A DNA stretch of 64,000 bases from an uncultured Luminiphilus sp. (GCA_943840615.1 CALSVI010000019.1:6362-70361), one strand, 5' to 3'; shown: positions 31,042 to 43,232, counted from the first letter of the stretch. Notes: a model not told the origin generated them from the sequence alone. A program made the numbers and translations.

Positions 31042-32739
31042 ATGCGAGCGGTCAGACAGGCAATCATTATCCTCGTGACAATCGGCCTCATTGGCTGCGA
31101 ATCATCAGGACTTGAAGCGGAACATTCGCCCGATACCATCGTAATCGGCACGCTGTACACCATGAACCCATTGCAACCCCGGGTAGAAGCCGTCGCAATC
31201 AGAGATGGTGTTTTTGTGTTTGTCGGTGACGAGGCCGACGCGCTTGCGCTAGCGACTCCCGCTACCCGTTTGATCGAACTTAACGAAAACACGGCGCTGC
31301 CGGGTCTCATCGATGCGCATGTCCATATTGCAGGTATTGGCTCAGCCATGCGGTCAGTTGATCTCACGGCAGCGGATAGTTTTGACGAGATTGTCGCGCG
31401 CGTTAAAGAGAGAGCTAGCAGCCTCCCCAAGAACCTCACCGTATTAGGGCGGGGGTGGCACCAGAGCAAATGGCTGACCACGCCAGAGGACGGCGTCGAT
31501 GGGTTCCCGACCCATCACGCTCTCTCGGCAGCGGTACCGTCGCACCCCGTGGTACTCGAGCACGCCAATGGCCACTCTGCCTTGCTAAATCAGCGTGCCA
31601 TGGATCAATTGGGCATTAACGCCGATTCCGTCGCTCCAGAGGGTGGTGTCATCGTCATGCACAATGGGGCCCCTACCGGGCTATTACACGAAACCGCAAT
31701 CGATCTAGCGACACCCCTGCAGGCCTATGACCTGCCGACCGCGGAAGAGCTTGTCGATTTGGCCCAGCGGCATCTGCTGAGTGAAGGCATCACCACGGCG
31801 CACGATGCAGGTGCTCTCAAGGTCGACCTCGATGCGCAGCTGGCAATGGCTGAGCGAGGAGACCTGAACATGCGGCTCTACTCCATGGTTTATGCGAGTG
31901 ACGAGGAAGCACTATTGGAGTGGTTAGACCGAGGACCCCTAATCAATGCGGGGGATTCACGACTCACAGTCCGCTCCATAAAGGTTCAGGCCGATGGCGC
32001 ATTGGGATCGAGAACCGCTTGGCTACACGCTCCCTACGCTGACGCGCCTGATACTCAGGGAGTACTGACTTACGACCTGGCAGCACTGTCGGAACTCATC
32101 AGAGCCTCTCGCGAAGGCCGCTGGCAAATGAGCGTTCACGCCATTGGTGATCGCGCCAATTCTGAAGTGCTGTCAGTGTTTGCGCCCTATACCAATGCCG
32201 ATACCGATCACCGCTTTAGAATTGAACACGCCCAGCATCTAAGGCGCGGAGACGGCCCACTATTTGCCGAACAAGGCGTTATTGCCTCAATGCAGCCCAT
32301 TCACCTCAGCTCGGACCGACTCTGGGCGATCGACCGACTCGGGCCGCAACGCATCGACGAGGGTGCCTATATTTGGCGAGATCTTCTCAACGCAGGCGTG
32401 GTCATCGCCTCTGGCACTGACGCACCGGTAGAGCCGGTCAGCCCGATCGCCAATTTCTATGCCGCGATCACACGCAAAACGCTGACGGGTCAACCTGAAA
32501 GAGGTTTTGAACCTGAGCAAAAGCTAACGCGGCTGGAGGCGCTCCACTCGATGACGTTGGCAGCTGCCTATGCCGGGTTTGAAGAGCAGAGCAAGGGCTC
32601 GATTGAAGTCGGGAAGCTAGCGGACCTGACGGTAATCTCACAGGATCTGCTAACCATTCCCGAAGCGCGTATTTTGCAGACTGAAGTCACCATGACGCTC
32701 GTCGGTGGCGAAGTAATGTATCGTCGAGAGCCACAATGA
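31042..32739 (+). CDS. Amidohydrolase-3 (YtcJ-like) metallo-hydrolase, probable lipoprotein
   Basis: PGLIDAHVH, DGALGSRTA, HAIGDRAN, RIEHAQ, GTDAPV; lipobox LIGC at residues 16-19. Confidence 0.88.
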   Translation: MRAVRQAIIILVTIGLIGCESSGLEAEHSPDTIVIGTLYTMNPLQPRVEAVAIRDGVFVFVGDEADALALATPATRLIELNENTALPGLIDAHVHIAGIGSAMRSVDLTAADSFDEIVARVKERASSLPKNLTVLGRGWHQSKWLTTPEDGVDGFPTHHALSAAVPSHPVVLEHANGHSALLNQRAMDQLGINADSVAPEGGVIVMHNGAPTGLLHETAIDLATPLQAYDLPTAEELVDLAQRHLLSEGITTAHDAGALKVDLDAQLAMAERGDLNMRLYSMVYASDEEALLEWLDRGPLINAGDSRLTVRSIKVQADGALGSRTAWLHAPYADAPDTQGVLTYDLAALSELIRASREGRWQMSVHAIGDRANSEVLSVFAPYTNADTDHRFRIEHAQHLRRGDGPLFAEQGVIASMQPIHLSSDRLWAIDRLGPQRIDEGAYIWRDLLNAGVVIASGTDAPVEPVSPIANFYAAITRKTLTGQPERGFEPEQKLTRLEALHSMTLAAAYAGFEEQSKGSIEVGKLADLTVISQDLLTIPEARILQTEVTMTLVGGEVMYRREPQ

Positions 32740-32818
32740 GGCCAAATGAGCCATAGATCACTGTCAGCCTTGAGTGATGACGCAGCCGACGCAGAAGGCC
32801 AGCACGTTGAGCAGTGAT

Positions 32819-32847
32819 AAAAAAACCGCGGACAAAGCCGCGGTTTT
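32819..32847. terminator. Bidirectional intrinsic terminator (pnp / amidohydrolase)
   Basis: A-tract-CCGCGG-ACAAAG-CCGCGG-TTTT between convergent genes. Confidence 0.85.
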
Positions 32848-32891
32848 CCTTGTTAAAGCGGGCCCCGGATCAGGAGCCGCATCCTGATCGC

Positions 32892-35039
32892 TTACTCTTC
32901 CGCGAGGGACTCTTCCTCTGGTGCCGCATCGCCTTCTCCTGAATCCGCTGGCGCCGCGTCAGCAGCCACTTCGCGCATCGAAAGCTTAATACGGCCGCGC
33001 TGGTCTACATCGAGTACCTTGACCTGAACTTCCTGCCCTTCAGAGAGATAGTCAGTGACCTTTTCGACGCGCTCATCAGCGATTTGCGAGATATGGACCA
33101 GCCCGTCCTTACCGGGAAGGATCGTGACAAATGCCCCAAAATCGACGATTCGGGCCACGGTGCCAGTATAGATTGCGCCGATTTCGGCCTCGGCAGTGAT
33201 GGCTTGAATCATCTCCACGGCGGCGTCGCGCGCTGCCGCATTTTGACCAAACACCTTCACCGTGCCATCGTCATCGATATCAACGGTAGCGCCTGACTCT
33301 TCCGTGATCTGACGGATCATCGCCCCACCCTTACCAATGATATCGCGGATCTTGTCCTGATCAACCTTGAGCGTGGTCATGCTCGGTGCATTTTCTGAGG
33401 TGATCTCGCGGGGAGCGTCAAGGACAGTGTTCATCTGTCCGAGAATGTGCAGTCGTGCTTCCAACGCCTGCTCCAGCGCGCGCTCCATGATCTCCTCATT
33501 GATGCCCTCGATTTTGATGTCCATCTGCAGCGCGGTGACACCCTTGGCTGTACCCGCGACTTTGAAGTCCATATCACCGAGGTGATCTTCGTCACCCAAA
33601 ATATCGGTCAAAACGGCAAACTGATTGCCATCCTTGACCAGGCCCATCGCTATCCCTGCTACGGGGGCTGCGAGTGGGACACCCGCCGCCATCATCGAGA
33701 GTGAACCCACACAAACAGACGCCATTGAGCTGGAGCCATTGGATTCGGTGATCTCAGAGACGACTCTTATCGTGTAAGGGAATTCTTCGTTGCTAGGCAG
33801 TACCGCAGCCAAGCCGCGCCTCGCGAGGCGGCCATGACCGATCTCACGCCGGCTGGTGAAGCCTATACGCCCCGCCTCCCCTACGGAATAGGGAGGAAAG
33901 TTGTAGTGCAGCATGAAGGGGTCGCGGCGCTCACCCTCAAGCGCGTCGATAATCTGCGCGTCACGGGTGGATCCCAGCGTCACGGCACCAATAGCCTGCG
34001 TTTCACCACGAGTGAAGAGTGCAGAACCGTGTGCCTTAGGCAATACATCCACCTCGCAGGCAATCGCTCTGACCGTGCGGTTATCTCGCCCGTCAATGCG
34101 CGGCTCACCCGCCAGAATACGACTTCGCACAATGTTCTTTTCAAGCGTCTTGAACACGTCTTTCACGTCGTCTGCGGCAGGACCATCTTCTGTTGCGAGT
34201 TGGGCGACAAGCTCGTCCTTTACTTGACCGACACGCTCATAGCGCGCAGATTTCTCGGTGATTCGGTAAGCTTCACCTAGTGGTCCGGAGGCGGCCGCTT
34301 CTACCGCCGCAACCAGCTCTGCGTCAGCTTCAGGAGCCTGCCAATCCCAACGAGGCTTGCCCGCTTCGCCGACGAGCTCGTTGATCGCATTGATCACTGT
34401 CTGCATCTCTTGGTGCGCAAACAACACAGCGCCGAGCATTTGGTCTTCAGTGAGCTCTTTAGCCTGCGACTCGACCATCAGCACCGCATCTTTCGTGCCG
34501 GCCACCACCATATCGAGGTGGCTATCAGCCAGCGCTGAATAGGTCGGGTTTAAAATGTAACCATTGGCTTCGGTAAAGCCCACCCGCGCACCCCCGATCG
34601 GGCCGTTAAATGGGCACCCCGAGATCGCCAGAGCGGCTGAAGTACCGATCATTGCGGGAATATCAGGGTCAGTGTCTTTATCCGCTGACATGACGGTACA
34701 GACGACCTGTACCTCGTTCATAAAACCGTCGGCAAAGAGCGGGCGAATAGGACGGTCAATCAAGCGCGACGTCAAAGTCTCTTTTTCACTGGGTCGCGCT
34801 TCTCGCTTAAAAAATCCCCCGGGGATTTTTCCAACCGAGTAAGTCTTTTCGATGTAATGCACACCCAAAGGAAAGAACGCTTGTCCTGGCTTCGCCTTAG
34901 GATCTGCAACGACGGTACACAGCACGCTAGTGCTGCCCATCGATATCAATACTGATCCGGACGCCTGTCGTGCAATACGGCCGGTTTCCAGCGTGACTTC
35001 TTGGTCACCGTACTGGAACGTTTTTTTCACTACATTCAC
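32892..35039 (-). CDS. pnp: Polynucleotide phosphorylase
   Basis: [38 protein letters not shown] and S1 domains. Confidence 0.98.
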   Translation of the reverse strand: MNVVKKTFQYGDQEVTLETGRIARQASGSVLISMGSTSVLCTVVADPKAKPGQAFFPLGVHYIEKTYSVGKIPGGFFKREARPSEKETLTSRLIDRPIRPLFADGFMNEVQVVCTVMSADKDTDPDIPAMIGTSAALAISGCPFNGPIGGARVGFTEANGYILNPTYSALADSHLDMVVAGTKDAVLMVESQAKELTEDQMLGAVLFAHQEMQTVINAINELVGEAGKPRWDWQAPEADAELVAAVEAAASGPLGEAYRITEKSARYERVGQVKDELVAQLATEDGPAADDVKDVFKTLEKNIVRSRILAGEPRIDGRDNRTVRAIACEVDVLPKAHGSALFTRGETQAIGAVTLGSTRDAQIIDALEGERRDPFMLHYNFPPYSVGEAGRIGFTSRREIGHGRLARRGLAAVLPSNEEFPYTIRVVSEITESNGSSSMASVCVGSLSMMAAGVPLAAPVAGIAMGLVKDGNQFAVLTDILGDEDHLGDMDFKVAGTAKGVTALQMDIKIEGINEEIMERALEQALEARLHILGQMNTVLDAPREITSENAPSMTTLKVDQDKIRDIIGKGGAMIRQITEESGATVDIDDDGTVKVFGQNAAARDAAVEMIQAITAEAEIGAIYTGTVARIVDFGAFVTILPGKDGLVHISQIADERVEKVTDYLSEGQEVQVKVLDVDQRGRIKLSMREVAADAAPADSGEGDAAPEEESLAEE

Positions 35040-35091
35040 GTGTTTTCTCCAAATATGACGGGGCCGGCGCTAGGCCGGCCCTTTCTGATCC

Positions 35092-35361
35092 TCAGCGGCG
35101 CAGACCCAACCGCTTAATCAACTCTGCATAGCGGGCGGTATCTTTCTGCTTGAGGTAGTCGAGTAACTTTCGACGCTGGTTCACCATACGAATCAGGCCA
35201 CGTCGAGAGTGGTGATCCTGAGAATGGTCCTTAAAGTGGGACTGCAGTTGCTCAATATTTGCCGTGAGCAGAGCGACCTGTACTTCCGGAGACCCGGTAT
35301 CGCCCTCTGACTGCTGGTAATCGGTAACAATTTGCGCCTTGGTGGCTGCGTCCAACGCCAT
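35092..35361 (-). CDS. rpsO: 30S ribosomal protein S15
   Basis: [26 protein letters not shown]. Confidence 0.98.
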   Translation of the reverse strand: MALDAATKAQIVTDYQQSEGDTGSPEVQVALLTANIEQLQSHFKDHSQDHHSRRGLIRMVNQRRKLLDYLKQKDTARYAELIKRLGLRR

Positions 35362-35369
35362 GGTACTTT

Positions 35370-35445
35370 CTCCAACCTGCTTGTTAAAAGCGAGCCTATC
35401 CGTGCAGGTTTACAGACAGGTTCGTGGAACGGCTCTTGCCGTTTG
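35370..35445 (-). promoter_or_regulatory. Structured rpsO leader (predicted pseudoknot), candidate S15 operator
   Basis: Stem GAACCUGUCUGU/ACGGAUAGGCUC whose loop AACCUGC complements GCAGGUU next to the GGAG SD. Confidence 0.6.
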
Positions 35446-35446
35446 T

Positions 35447-36369
35447 CTATTGGGCGAGAAGTCTTGTTGGGGCTAATTGCCCGTCATCCCGCACGTTACC
35501 GATGCCAAGGAAGCTTCCTCCTGCGTCGGCGATGCGCACCATACCACTCTGGGCCCCGTTTGGCACTACTACTGACTGCCCCCGTCGAATGTAAAAAGTT
35601 GCGGCCTCAGACAGCGTTACCCGAGGTAAATGATGCAAACTCGCCTCAATGGGCAGAAGGCGTAAATCCAGCCCCGGCTCCGATTCTGCCTCTTTCACCG
35701 CTAACAGCGTGTCCAATGTCACCGCGTCGCCTAGATTAAAGGGCCCCGACTGACACCTTCTCAGCTCGCTCACATGAGCGGGCAAATCAAGCGCAGCACC
35801 GAGATCTTCGGCCAACGACCGCACATAGGTCCCTTTGCTACAGAGGATCTGAACTTTCACGATAACCTGCTCTCCGGGCACAAACGACACCAGCTCGAAC
35901 TGGTGGATCGTCACGGATCGGGGCGCTCGCTCTACCTGCTCGCCCGCCCGAGCGCGCTTGTACAACGGCTGCCCGTCGACCTTCAGCGCTGAATACATTG
36001 GGGGCACCTGCTCAATAGCGCCTGTCAGCGGCTTCATCGCCTGGTGACCCTATCGAGCGTGACCCCGGCAGCAGAGGCCTGCGCAATGATCTCTCCGTCG
36101 GCATCTGCGGTATCAGTGCCAATACCGAGCACAAACGTACTGAGATACCCCTTGTCGGCGTTGAGCAGGAACTGGGAGAACTTGGTGGCCTCGCCAAAGC
36201 ACAGTGGCAAAACGCCCGTAGCTAATGGGTCAAGGCTTCCGGTATGACCCGCCTTGGCGGCACCATACAGCCGCTTAACCTGTTGCAAAGCACCGTTTGA
36301 CGACACACCGGGTGGTTTATCAAGCACCAACAAGCCGTCTACTTGTCGCCCTTTACGACGGCGTGCCAT
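35447..36369 (-). CDS. truB: tRNA pseudouridine(55) synthase, frameshifted near 36043
   Basis: [16 protein letters not shown] in one frame; [10 protein letters not shown] and [10 protein letters not shown] in the other; adding one C (ACC CAG GCG ATG) joins them. Confidence 0.93.
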
Positions 36370-36371
36370 CG

Positions 36372-36788
36372 TCAGTCTAGGGAGTCGGAATCAGCGTCAG
36401 AATCTGTCGATGCACTGCCGTGAAGGTTTGCATCGATTCGACGCACTTCTTGGAGCAAGCTCTCCATGTCGCGGCCGCGACCGACACTCTCGTCGAACCG
36501 GAAACTAATACGAGGTACCGTTCGCATCGCAGACGCCTTTGCCAATTGGGAGCGAAGAAAGCCGGAGGCCTTCGCCAGCACAGCGGTAATCTCTGAGCGC
36601 TCCTCGGGCGTCGTGTCATCCATTAAGGTGAAGAACACCTTGGCGTGAGACAAATCCCGACTGACCTCAACGCCGGTCAGGCTCACCGCCTCAACGCGGG
36701 GGTCTCGCACAGAGTTCTGCAGCAGCCGTGCCAGCTCCTCGTGCAAAAAATGGCTGACGCGCTGAGTCCGCTCAAACTCCTTACCCAT
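36372..36788 (-). CDS. rbfA: Ribosome-binding factor A
   Basis: [26 protein letters not shown]. Confidence 0.96.
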   Translation of the reverse strand: MGKEFERTQRVSHFLHEELARLLQNSVRDPRVEAVSLTGVEVSRDLSHAKVFFTLMDDTTPEERSEITAVLAKASGFLRSQLAKASAMRTVPRISFRFDESVGRGRDMESLLQEVRRIDANLHGSASTDSDADSDSLD

Positions 36789-36799
36789 GATGGCTGGCT

Positions 36800-39418
36800 T
36801 CAGAGGCTTCGGGCGATTTCGTTGACGTCAAACACCTCTATGAGGTCGCCCACCTTCACGTCGGTATAGTTTTTCACGCCAATGCCGCACTCGGTACCGT
36901 TTCGCACCTCGTTAGCGTCGTCCTTGAAGCGACGGAGGGACTCAAGCTCGCCTTCGTAGATCACCACGTTATCGCGCAGCACGCGAATAGGCTTGGAACG
37001 ATAAATCGTCCCCTCAATAACCATACAGCCAGCAACTTGGCCAAATTTGGGCGACCGGAAAGTGTCGCGTACTTCCGCGATCCCCACTATTTCCTCACGC
37101 ATCTCCGGTGAGAGCATTCCGGACAGAGCCGCACGCACGTCATCGATCAGATCGTAGATCACGTTGTAATAGCGGATCTCGACCCCCTCGTTTTCAGCCG
37201 TCGCGCGCGCCTTACTGTCTGCGCGAGTATTGAATCCGATAATAATGGCCGAGCTTGTCATCGCCAGACTGATGTCCGTCTCAGAGATACCACCCACACC
37301 GCCAGATACGATATTGACCTTGACCTCCTCATTACCCAAGTCGGCCAAAGCGCCCTGAAGCGCTTCAAACGAGCCACGAACATCGGCTTTAATGATGAGG
37401 TTCAGGGTTTCAACTGATCCCGCCGTCATGGTCTCGAACATATTGTCGAGTTTGGCGGCCTGCTGACGCGCAAGCTTCGAGGAACGCATCTTTTCCTGAC
37501 GGAAATCTGCAACCTCTCGCGCTTTTTTCTCGCTCTCCACGGCAACCATTGGATCCCCTGCGTCGGGAGTGCCGTCAAGACCCAGTACCTCAACCGGAAT
37601 ACTCGGACCGGCTTCTTGAATCTGTTCGCCATTCTCATCAAGCATCGCGCGCACTCGACCATACTGCAGACCGGCCAGAACGATATCCCCCTGCTTCAAG
37701 GTGCCCTGCTGAATCAATAACGACGCAACCGCGCCTCGGCCCTTGTCCAAACGTGACTCGATAACGATGCCAGAAGCGGGTACGTCTGCAGGCGCCGTCA
37801 ACTCGAGCAGCTCTGACTGCAACAACAGCGACTCGAGTAATTCATCAATACCCTCGCCGGTATGCGCCGAAACTGGAATAAATTGCGTATCACCACCCCA
37901 ATCTTCGGGGATGACTTCTTTCGCGGCCAGCTCGGTCTTGACCCGCTCGGGATCAGCGCCTTCCTTGTCCATTTTATTGACTGCGACAACAATCGGCACT
38001 CCAGCGGCTCTCGCGTGCTGAACCGCTTCTTCGGTTTGAGGCATCACGCCATCGTCGGCGGCCACGACCAAAATGACGATATCGGTCGACTTAGCGCCCC
38101 GAGCGCGCATCGCAGTAAAGGCCGCGTGGCCTGGCGTATCGAGGAAGGTGATCATCCCCTTACCGGTTTTCACGTGATACGCGCCGATATGCTGGGTGAT
38201 TCCGCCCGCTTCGCCACTTGCAACCCGTGACTCACGAATATAGTCGAGCAGCGAGGTTTTACCGTGGTCAACATGGCCCATTACGGTGACCACCGGAGCT
38301 CTAGGCTCGGGAGTCCCCTCTTGATTGGTGCGTGTTTCTTCAAGCCGCTCTTCGACCTCTTCAGCACTTTTGAGGACGACGCGGTGCCCCAGCTCCTCGA
38401 CCACCAGCGTCGCAGTGTCCTGATCGAGCATTTGGTTAATATTGGCCATCACGCCTAAACTCATTAACTCTTTGATGACCGCTCCGGCCTTGACCGCCAT
38501 TTGCTGGGCCAAATCGCCCACCGTTATATTTTCAGGGACGTTCACGTCATAAATGATTTTCTCGGTGGGCTGCTCAAAACCGTGCTGATTAGGCTCATCC
38601 GACAGCTTCTTGCGTCGGCCTCCCCGACGTCTTGCCACTCCCGCTGACGCGGCCTCTAGATCAGTCATCGAGAGGTTATGTCCACGCTGCTTACCGCGTG
38701 CACCGGGAACGCCACCCCGCTCCAGGCGACCTTTTCCGGGTCGACGACGCAGCTCATCTCGCGGAGCAGACGCACCCTCTTTCGACGGTGCTGCATGCAA
38801 CCGCTTGGGTTTACGATCAGCCTCTTTTGCGGCGGGCTGACTCGTCTTTTCCTCGGCCTGCCTAGCGGCCTCCTCGGCGCGCGCTTTCGCCGCTGCCTCT
38901 AACTCAAGCTGCCGCGCCTGATCCTCTGCCTTACGACGGGCGGCCGCTCGTTGCCTCAGAACCTCTGGGTCATCGGTGTCGGGTTCATCGATCGGCGGCG
39001 GCACGGCTGCCTCGGGTTCGGGTGTTGCCGTCAAGGCTGGCGCTTCAGCAACATCTGCACCTTCTACACTTCTCACCCCTTCCAAGTCTATTTCAGCTTC
39101 AAGTTCCAACGACTCAGGGGCATCTTCGCGCTTGACGTAAGTCCGTTTTTTCCGCACCTCGACATTGACGGTTCGCTTGCCCGCTCCGCCGGCACGTAAT
39201 GTGCTGACAGACTTGCGCTTCAGAGTAATCTTTCTGGGGGCACCCTCGCGCTCACCATGACTCTGCTTAAGATGCGCGAGCAGTGTCTGCTTGTCCTCCT
39301 CAGACACAGCCTCATCAGCCGCGGCGTGAGGCAAACCCGCATCTTTCATTTGCGAAAGCAAGCGGTCTACCGATGCACCCACCGTCTCCGCCAATTGCTC
39401 TACTGTCACTTGTGCCAT
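36800..39418 (-). CDS. infB: Translation initiation factor IF-2
   Basis: [28 protein letters not shown]. Confidence 0.98.
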   Translation of the reverse strand: MAQVTVEQLAETVGASVDRLLSQMKDAGLPHAAADEAVSEEDKQTLLAHLKQSHGEREGAPRKITLKRKSVSTLRAGGAGKRTVNVEVRKKRTYVKREDAPESLELEAEIDLEGVRSVEGADVAEAPALTATPEPEAAVPPPIDEPDTDDPEVLRQRAAARRKAEDQARQLELEAAAKARAEEAARQAEEKTSQPAAKEADRKPKRLHAAPSKEGASAPRDELRRRPGKGRLERGGVPGARGKQRGHNLSMTDLEAASAGVARRRGGRRKKLSDEPNQHGFEQPTEKIIYDVNVPENITVGDLAQQMAVKAGAVIKELMSLGVMANINQMLDQDTATLVVEELGHRVVLKSAEEVEERLEETRTNQEGTPEPRAPVVTVMGHVDHGKTSLLDYIRESRVASGEAGGITQHIGAYHVKTGKGMITFLDTPGHAAFTAMRARGAKSTDIVILVVAADDGVMPQTEEAVQHARAAGVPIVVAVNKMDKEGADPERVKTELAAKEVIPEDWGGDTQFIPVSAHTGEGIDELLESLLLQSELLELTAPADVPASGIVIESRLDKGRGAVASLLIQQGTLKQGDIVLAGLQYGRVRAMLDENGEQIQEAGPSIPVEVLGLDGTPDAGDPMVAVESEKKAREVADFRQEKMRSSKLARQQAAKLDNMFETMTAGSVETLNLIIKADVRGSFEALQGALADLGNEEVKVNIVSGGVGGISETDISLAMTSSAIIIGFNTRADSKARATAENEGVEIRYYNVIYDLIDDVRAALSGMLSPEMREEIVGIAEVRDTFRSPKFGQVAGCMVIEGTIYRSKPIRVLRDNVVIYEGELESLRRFKDDANEVRNGTECGIGVKNYTDVKVGDLIEVFDVNEIARSL

Positions 39419-39469
39419 GTCTCTCTCCCTAACCGCTCAGTACCTGAAGTGCCTTACCGCATGACCCAG

Positions 39470-40972
39470 TCAAGCGGTCGCCTCTTCCTCCTCAGCGAAC
39501 CAAGGGGCGCGCGCGGTCATAATGACCTCAGCCGCACGCTCTTCCGTCATTTCTTCAATCTCCAGCAAATCGTCTACCGCCTGCTCGGCGAGGTCTTCCA
39601 TGGTGACGATCCCACGACTCGCAAGGACATAGGCAAGGTGCTTATCCATGCCGTCCATTGTCAGCAGATCCTCAGCGGGTTCGCGAGCATCGAGCTCCTC
39701 TTCCGAGGCAATCGCAAGCGTCAGCAGGGCATCCTTTGCGCGTGCTCGCAGCTCTTCAGAAATCTCCTCATCGAAACCCTCGATGGCATTCATCTCTTCA
39801 AGCGGAACGTAGGCAATTTCTTCGAGCGTCGTAAAGCCTTCCTCGACCAGCACCGTAGCGATGTCCTCGTCGATATCCAGTGCAGACATGAAGCGTTCAA
39901 TTACCTCTCCCGCCTCTGTCTCCTGCTTTTCGATCGCCTCATCCACGCTCATCACGTTGATAGTCCAGCCGGTCAGATCAGACGCTAGCCTGACATTCTG
40001 ACCGCCACGGCCGATCGCCTGAGCGAGATTATCTTCCGCGACCGCCACTTCCATGGTGGAGTTATCTTCGTCGACGACGATGGATTCGACCTCGGCCGGA
40101 GACATCGCGTTAATCACCAGCTGGGCCGCGTTATCGTCCCAGAGAATGATGTCGACCCGCTCATTATCGAGTTCGTTCGAAACGGCCTGAACCCGCGAAC
40201 CGCGCATGCCTACGCAGGCCCCCACTGGATCGATACGCTGATCGCCCGTTTTGACCGCAATCTTTGCCCGGGACCCCGGGTCTCTGGCGGCCGCCCTGAT
40301 CTGGATGACACCCTCAGAAATTTCCGGCACCTCAATCTTGAATAGCTCCACCAGCATTTCCTGGCAGATGCGCGAGAGAATGAGCTGCGGGCCACGGGCT
40401 TCGGTATTGATCTCGGTGAGGATCGCCCGCACCCGATCATTGATACGAAACGTCTCGCGCCCGACCAGTTCGCCCCGGGGCAGCAGGCCTTCTGCGTTGT
40501 TGCCCAAATCCACAATGATATTGTCGCGGGTCACTTTCTTCACGGTGCCCCCGAGCAGCTCGCCCTCGCGGCCGCTATACTCATCCGCAATCTGGGCTCG
40601 CTCGGCATCCCTCACGCGCTGAACAATCACCTGCTTCGCCGTCTGCGCCGCGATACGACCAAAGTCGACGTTCTCGACCGTCTCTTCATGGTAGTCGCCA
40701 GGTTTCAATGAGGTATCGACCTCAGCGGCCTCCTCGGTCGTGAACTGGGTCCCCAACAGAGCGAGCTCTGTGTCAGGCATCACCAGCCAAATGCGCTTGG
40801 TGACGTAATCTCCTGACTCCCGATCAATGCTGACCTGAATGTCTGCCTCTTCGTCGTAGCGCTTTTTCGTGGCTGTCGCCAACGCCAGCTCAATCGCCTC
40901 AAAGATAATATCTTCGGCTACGCCCTTTTCAGCTGAAACTGCCTCAGCCACCATCAAAATTTCTCTGTTCAT
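39470..40972 (-). CDS. nusA: Transcription termination factor NusA
   Basis: [36 protein letters not shown]. Confidence 0.98.
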   Translation of the reverse strand: MNREILMVAEAVSAEKGVAEDIIFEAIELALATATKKRYDEEADIQVSIDRESGDYVTKRIWLVMPDTELALLGTQFTTEEAAEVDTSLKPGDYHEETVENVDFGRIAAQTAKQVIVQRVRDAERAQIADEYSGREGELLGGTVKKVTRDNIIVDLGNNAEGLLPRGELVGRETFRINDRVRAILTEINTEARGPQLILSRICQEMLVELFKIEVPEISEGVIQIRAAARDPGSRAKIAVKTGDQRIDPVGACVGMRGSRVQAVSNELDNERVDIILWDDNAAQLVINAMSPAEVESIVVDEDNSTMEVAVAEDNLAQAIGRGGQNVRLASDLTGWTINVMSVDEAIEKQETEAGEVIERFMSALDIDEDIATVLVEEGFTTLEEIAYVPLEEMNAIEGFDEEISEELRARAKDALLTLAIASEEELDAREPAEDLLTMDGMDKHLAYVLASRGIVTMEDLAEQAVDDLLEIEEMTEERAAEVIMTARAPWFAEEEEATA

Positions 40973-41036
40973 CTTTTCGCTCTCACTTTTCTGGACAGCC
41001 TCATCGTTATCGGGCTTCCCTCAAGGTGGTACCACA

Positions 41037-41513
41037 TCACTTTTTCCCCTGACTGATTTCCAGTCTGGGATGTGCCTTCGCTCGATCTACCGAACGCAAT
41101 GGCAACTCGAATTCATGGTCATCGACACTGACAACGATCATCTCGTTATCTGCCGAAAGCAAAGGCCCTTTAAAGCGCCTTCTGCCGTCTACCGGCAATC
41201 TCAGCCGAATATCGATTATCTCGCCCACATAGGCCAGATAATGCTCGGGGCGGAACAACAGACGATCCACCCCTGGCGAAGACACCTCGAGGGTGTATTC
41301 ACCGTTAATGGGGTCTTCTACATCCAGCACCCCACTCACCTGATGACTGACTTGAGCACAATCATCAACATCGACACCGCTCTCGGCGTCTATGTAGAGA
41401 CGAAGCGTGGGGCGTCTGCCAGGGGAAATCAGTTCTACGCCCCAAAGCGAATACCCCATCGCCTCTATCGTCGGCTGCAACAGCTGCGTCAACTGCGCTT
41501 CCTTGCCCGACAT
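41037..41513 (-). CDS. rimP: Ribosome maturation factor RimP
   Basis: LRLYID, YTLEVSSPGVDR; ATG 41513 after GAGGGAG. Confidence 0.95.
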   Translation of the reverse strand: MSGKEAQLTQLLQPTIEAMGYSLWGVELISPGRRPTLRLYIDAESGVDVDDCAQVSHQVSGVLDVEDPINGEYTLEVSSPGVDRLLFRPEHYLAYVGEIIDIRLRLPVDGRRRFKGPLLSADNEMIVVSVDDHEFELPLRSVDRAKAHPRLEISQGKK

Positions 41514-41548
41514 GTCTATCTCCCTCAGGCCACCTTTCAAACGGCCAC

Positions 41549-41571
41549 AAAAAAGCCCCAAAAGGGGCTTC
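41549..41571 (-). promoter_or_regulatory. rimP-leader hairpin / terminator-like element
   Basis: Minus strand AAGCCCC-TTTT-GGGGCTTTTT between tRNA-fMet and rimP. Confidence 0.6.
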
Positions 41572-41609
41572 CGAGGCGATGGTCAGCGAGCAACGAGCTG
41601 CCATCGAAT

Positions 41610-41686
<77 letters not shown>

Positions 41687-41780
41687 TCAATACTCTCAGT
41701 AAACGCCCCCTTTTAATGCGTCAGAGGACCAAAAGACCCTTTGCCGCAGGCGTCATGGTTGTGCATGCACGACCATCAGA

Positions 41781-41817
41781 GGCGCGGGAGTATAGGAACC
41801 GAGGCTCATGGCGTCAA
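41781..41817 (-). promoter_or_regulatory. Sigma-70 stable-RNA promoter for tRNA-fMet-rimP-nusA-infB
   Basis: TTGACG-17 bp-TATACT followed by GC-rich discriminator CCCGCGCC. Confidence 0.8.
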
Positions 41818-41889
41818 CCCGAATAAAAACCCCTCTTACCGGGAGGAACCACTGGCTTTTTACAAAAACAGGGCAGCGCCGCTGATCCA

Positions 41890-43068
41890 TCAAGCCTGAC
41901 CGGACACCGCTTCCAGCAGCGACTTGATGTCTCGCCGCTCCTGTTTATCCAAGTCGGGGTGCCAGATATCGAAGATCAGTACTACTCGGTCTGCATCGCT
42001 CTCATTCCAGGCCTCGTGACTGATACTGTCATCAAAAGCCCACACTCGGCCACGAGCCACTTCCCGGCGCTCCTCACCCACTCTTAGACCACAACCTGAA
42101 GGTACCACCAAAGGTAGATGGCAAATCAATCTGCAATTAAGAAGCCCGGTGTGTGGATCTATCCGAGCCCCCGGGCGCAACCTAGAGAACAATACCGACG
42201 GCGAAAATCCACCAACTTCGGTCAGCGGAATCGATTCCATTAGCGAGCACAAGGTTGGGTGCTCCGACATCACATCCTCTTGCGCCATGCCGTCTCGCCA
42301 GACAAAAGCGGCGGTCCAGGAGTCGGGATCCTTCATCGAGTCAGGGGTTTGTCCGGGCAACTCCAGCCCACCGTGCACGTAAGGTACGAACTCCCCAGGC
42401 TGACCGGACAAGAAGTGATTCAGCTCCTGATTGATAGCCTCGGTTGCCGACTCCAGTTGCGACACCCAAGGCAAGGTGTCAACGGGGTAGAAAGGCTGGT
42501 AGGGCATATCCGGCAGATAAAAAGCATGGGGCTTTTGTGGAAATGGTCTGGGGTCATGCTCGCGCTCCACTTTGCCCAGCAACATATCGAGTCCGAGATT
42601 GAAGCGTGCACTGGCCGTCTCACGACGATAGCCTCCCGCGCCCAGGCATTCCATGAGATCCGACTGAAACTGGGCAGAGATCTGGACCATGCGATCCTGA
42701 ATGCGGGTCAGATCCTGTCTTAATTGAGCGGGAATATCAGCGAGCGTCGCCGCCAATTGCATGACCAGGTTGTAATACGACAGCGCAGCGCGGCGCTCAT
42801 CACGGCCCAGCAACAGATCGCCCTTAATAATTAATCCTCTGAGATGACGAGGCTCCTGAGACAGCACCTCGTCGACCGCGGTCTCAGCGGTTCGATTGTC
42901 CTCCAAAACTAAAGAAGCCAACGCAAGACCCAGCCAACTGTTCGCGGTGGCAAGCCCTGCATCGATGGCCGCCTGAAACTGATCTCTCGCCTCTGCAGCA
43001 CGAGCGCCCTGCAGCGCCGCAATGCCCGCGCGAAAGTAGGTGTCTTCTGTTTCAGCGGTCGCCGTCAC
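41890..43068 (-). CDS. TPR-containing aspartyl/asparaginyl beta-hydroxylase family 2OG-Fe(II) dioxygenase
   Basis: N-terminal TPR-like helices; C-terminal FSRLRPGARIDPHTG, HLPLVVP, FDDSISHEAWN, RVVLIFDIWHP. Confidence 0.87.
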   Translation of the reverse strand: MTATAETEDTYFRAGIAALQGARAAEARDQFQAAIDAGLATANSWLGLALASLVLEDNRTAETAVDEVLSQEPRHLRGLIIKGDLLLGRDERRAALSYYNLVMQLAATLADIPAQLRQDLTRIQDRMVQISAQFQSDLMECLGAGGYRRETASARFNLGLDMLLGKVEREHDPRPFPQKPHAFYLPDMPYQPFYPVDTLPWVSQLESATEAINQELNHFLSGQPGEFVPYVHGGLELPGQTPDSMKDPDSWTAAFVWRDGMAQEDVMSEHPTLCSLMESIPLTEVGGFSPSVLFSRLRPGARIDPHTGLLNCRLICHLPLVVPSGCGLRVGEERREVARGRVWAFDDSISHEAWNESDADRVVLIFDIWHPDLDKQERRDIKSLLEAVSGQA

Positions 43069-43204
43069 GGTGCCGAGTCTCTCCTTGCGTCATCCGGCAG
43101 TGTGCGGATTGTTAATCCAAGCATCAAGCGCCTCTCCTGCCTGAAGTAAAGTGCAGGCTTTAGACCGGAGCCCCCCATCCAGTCAATGCGGTAGCGCAAA
43201 AACG

Positions 43205-43232
43205 AAAAAGGCTCCCAATATGGGAGCCTCTT
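43205..43232 (-). terminator. Intrinsic terminator after tRNA-Leu
   Basis: Minus strand AGGCTCCCA-TAT-TGGGAGCCT-TTTT. Confidence 0.88.

Noticed and set aside
36030-36050. Two-gene truB (overlapping ATGA at the break)
   Set aside because: The break falls inside the catalytic domain and one added C in a C-run restores the frame; likely a sequencing error.
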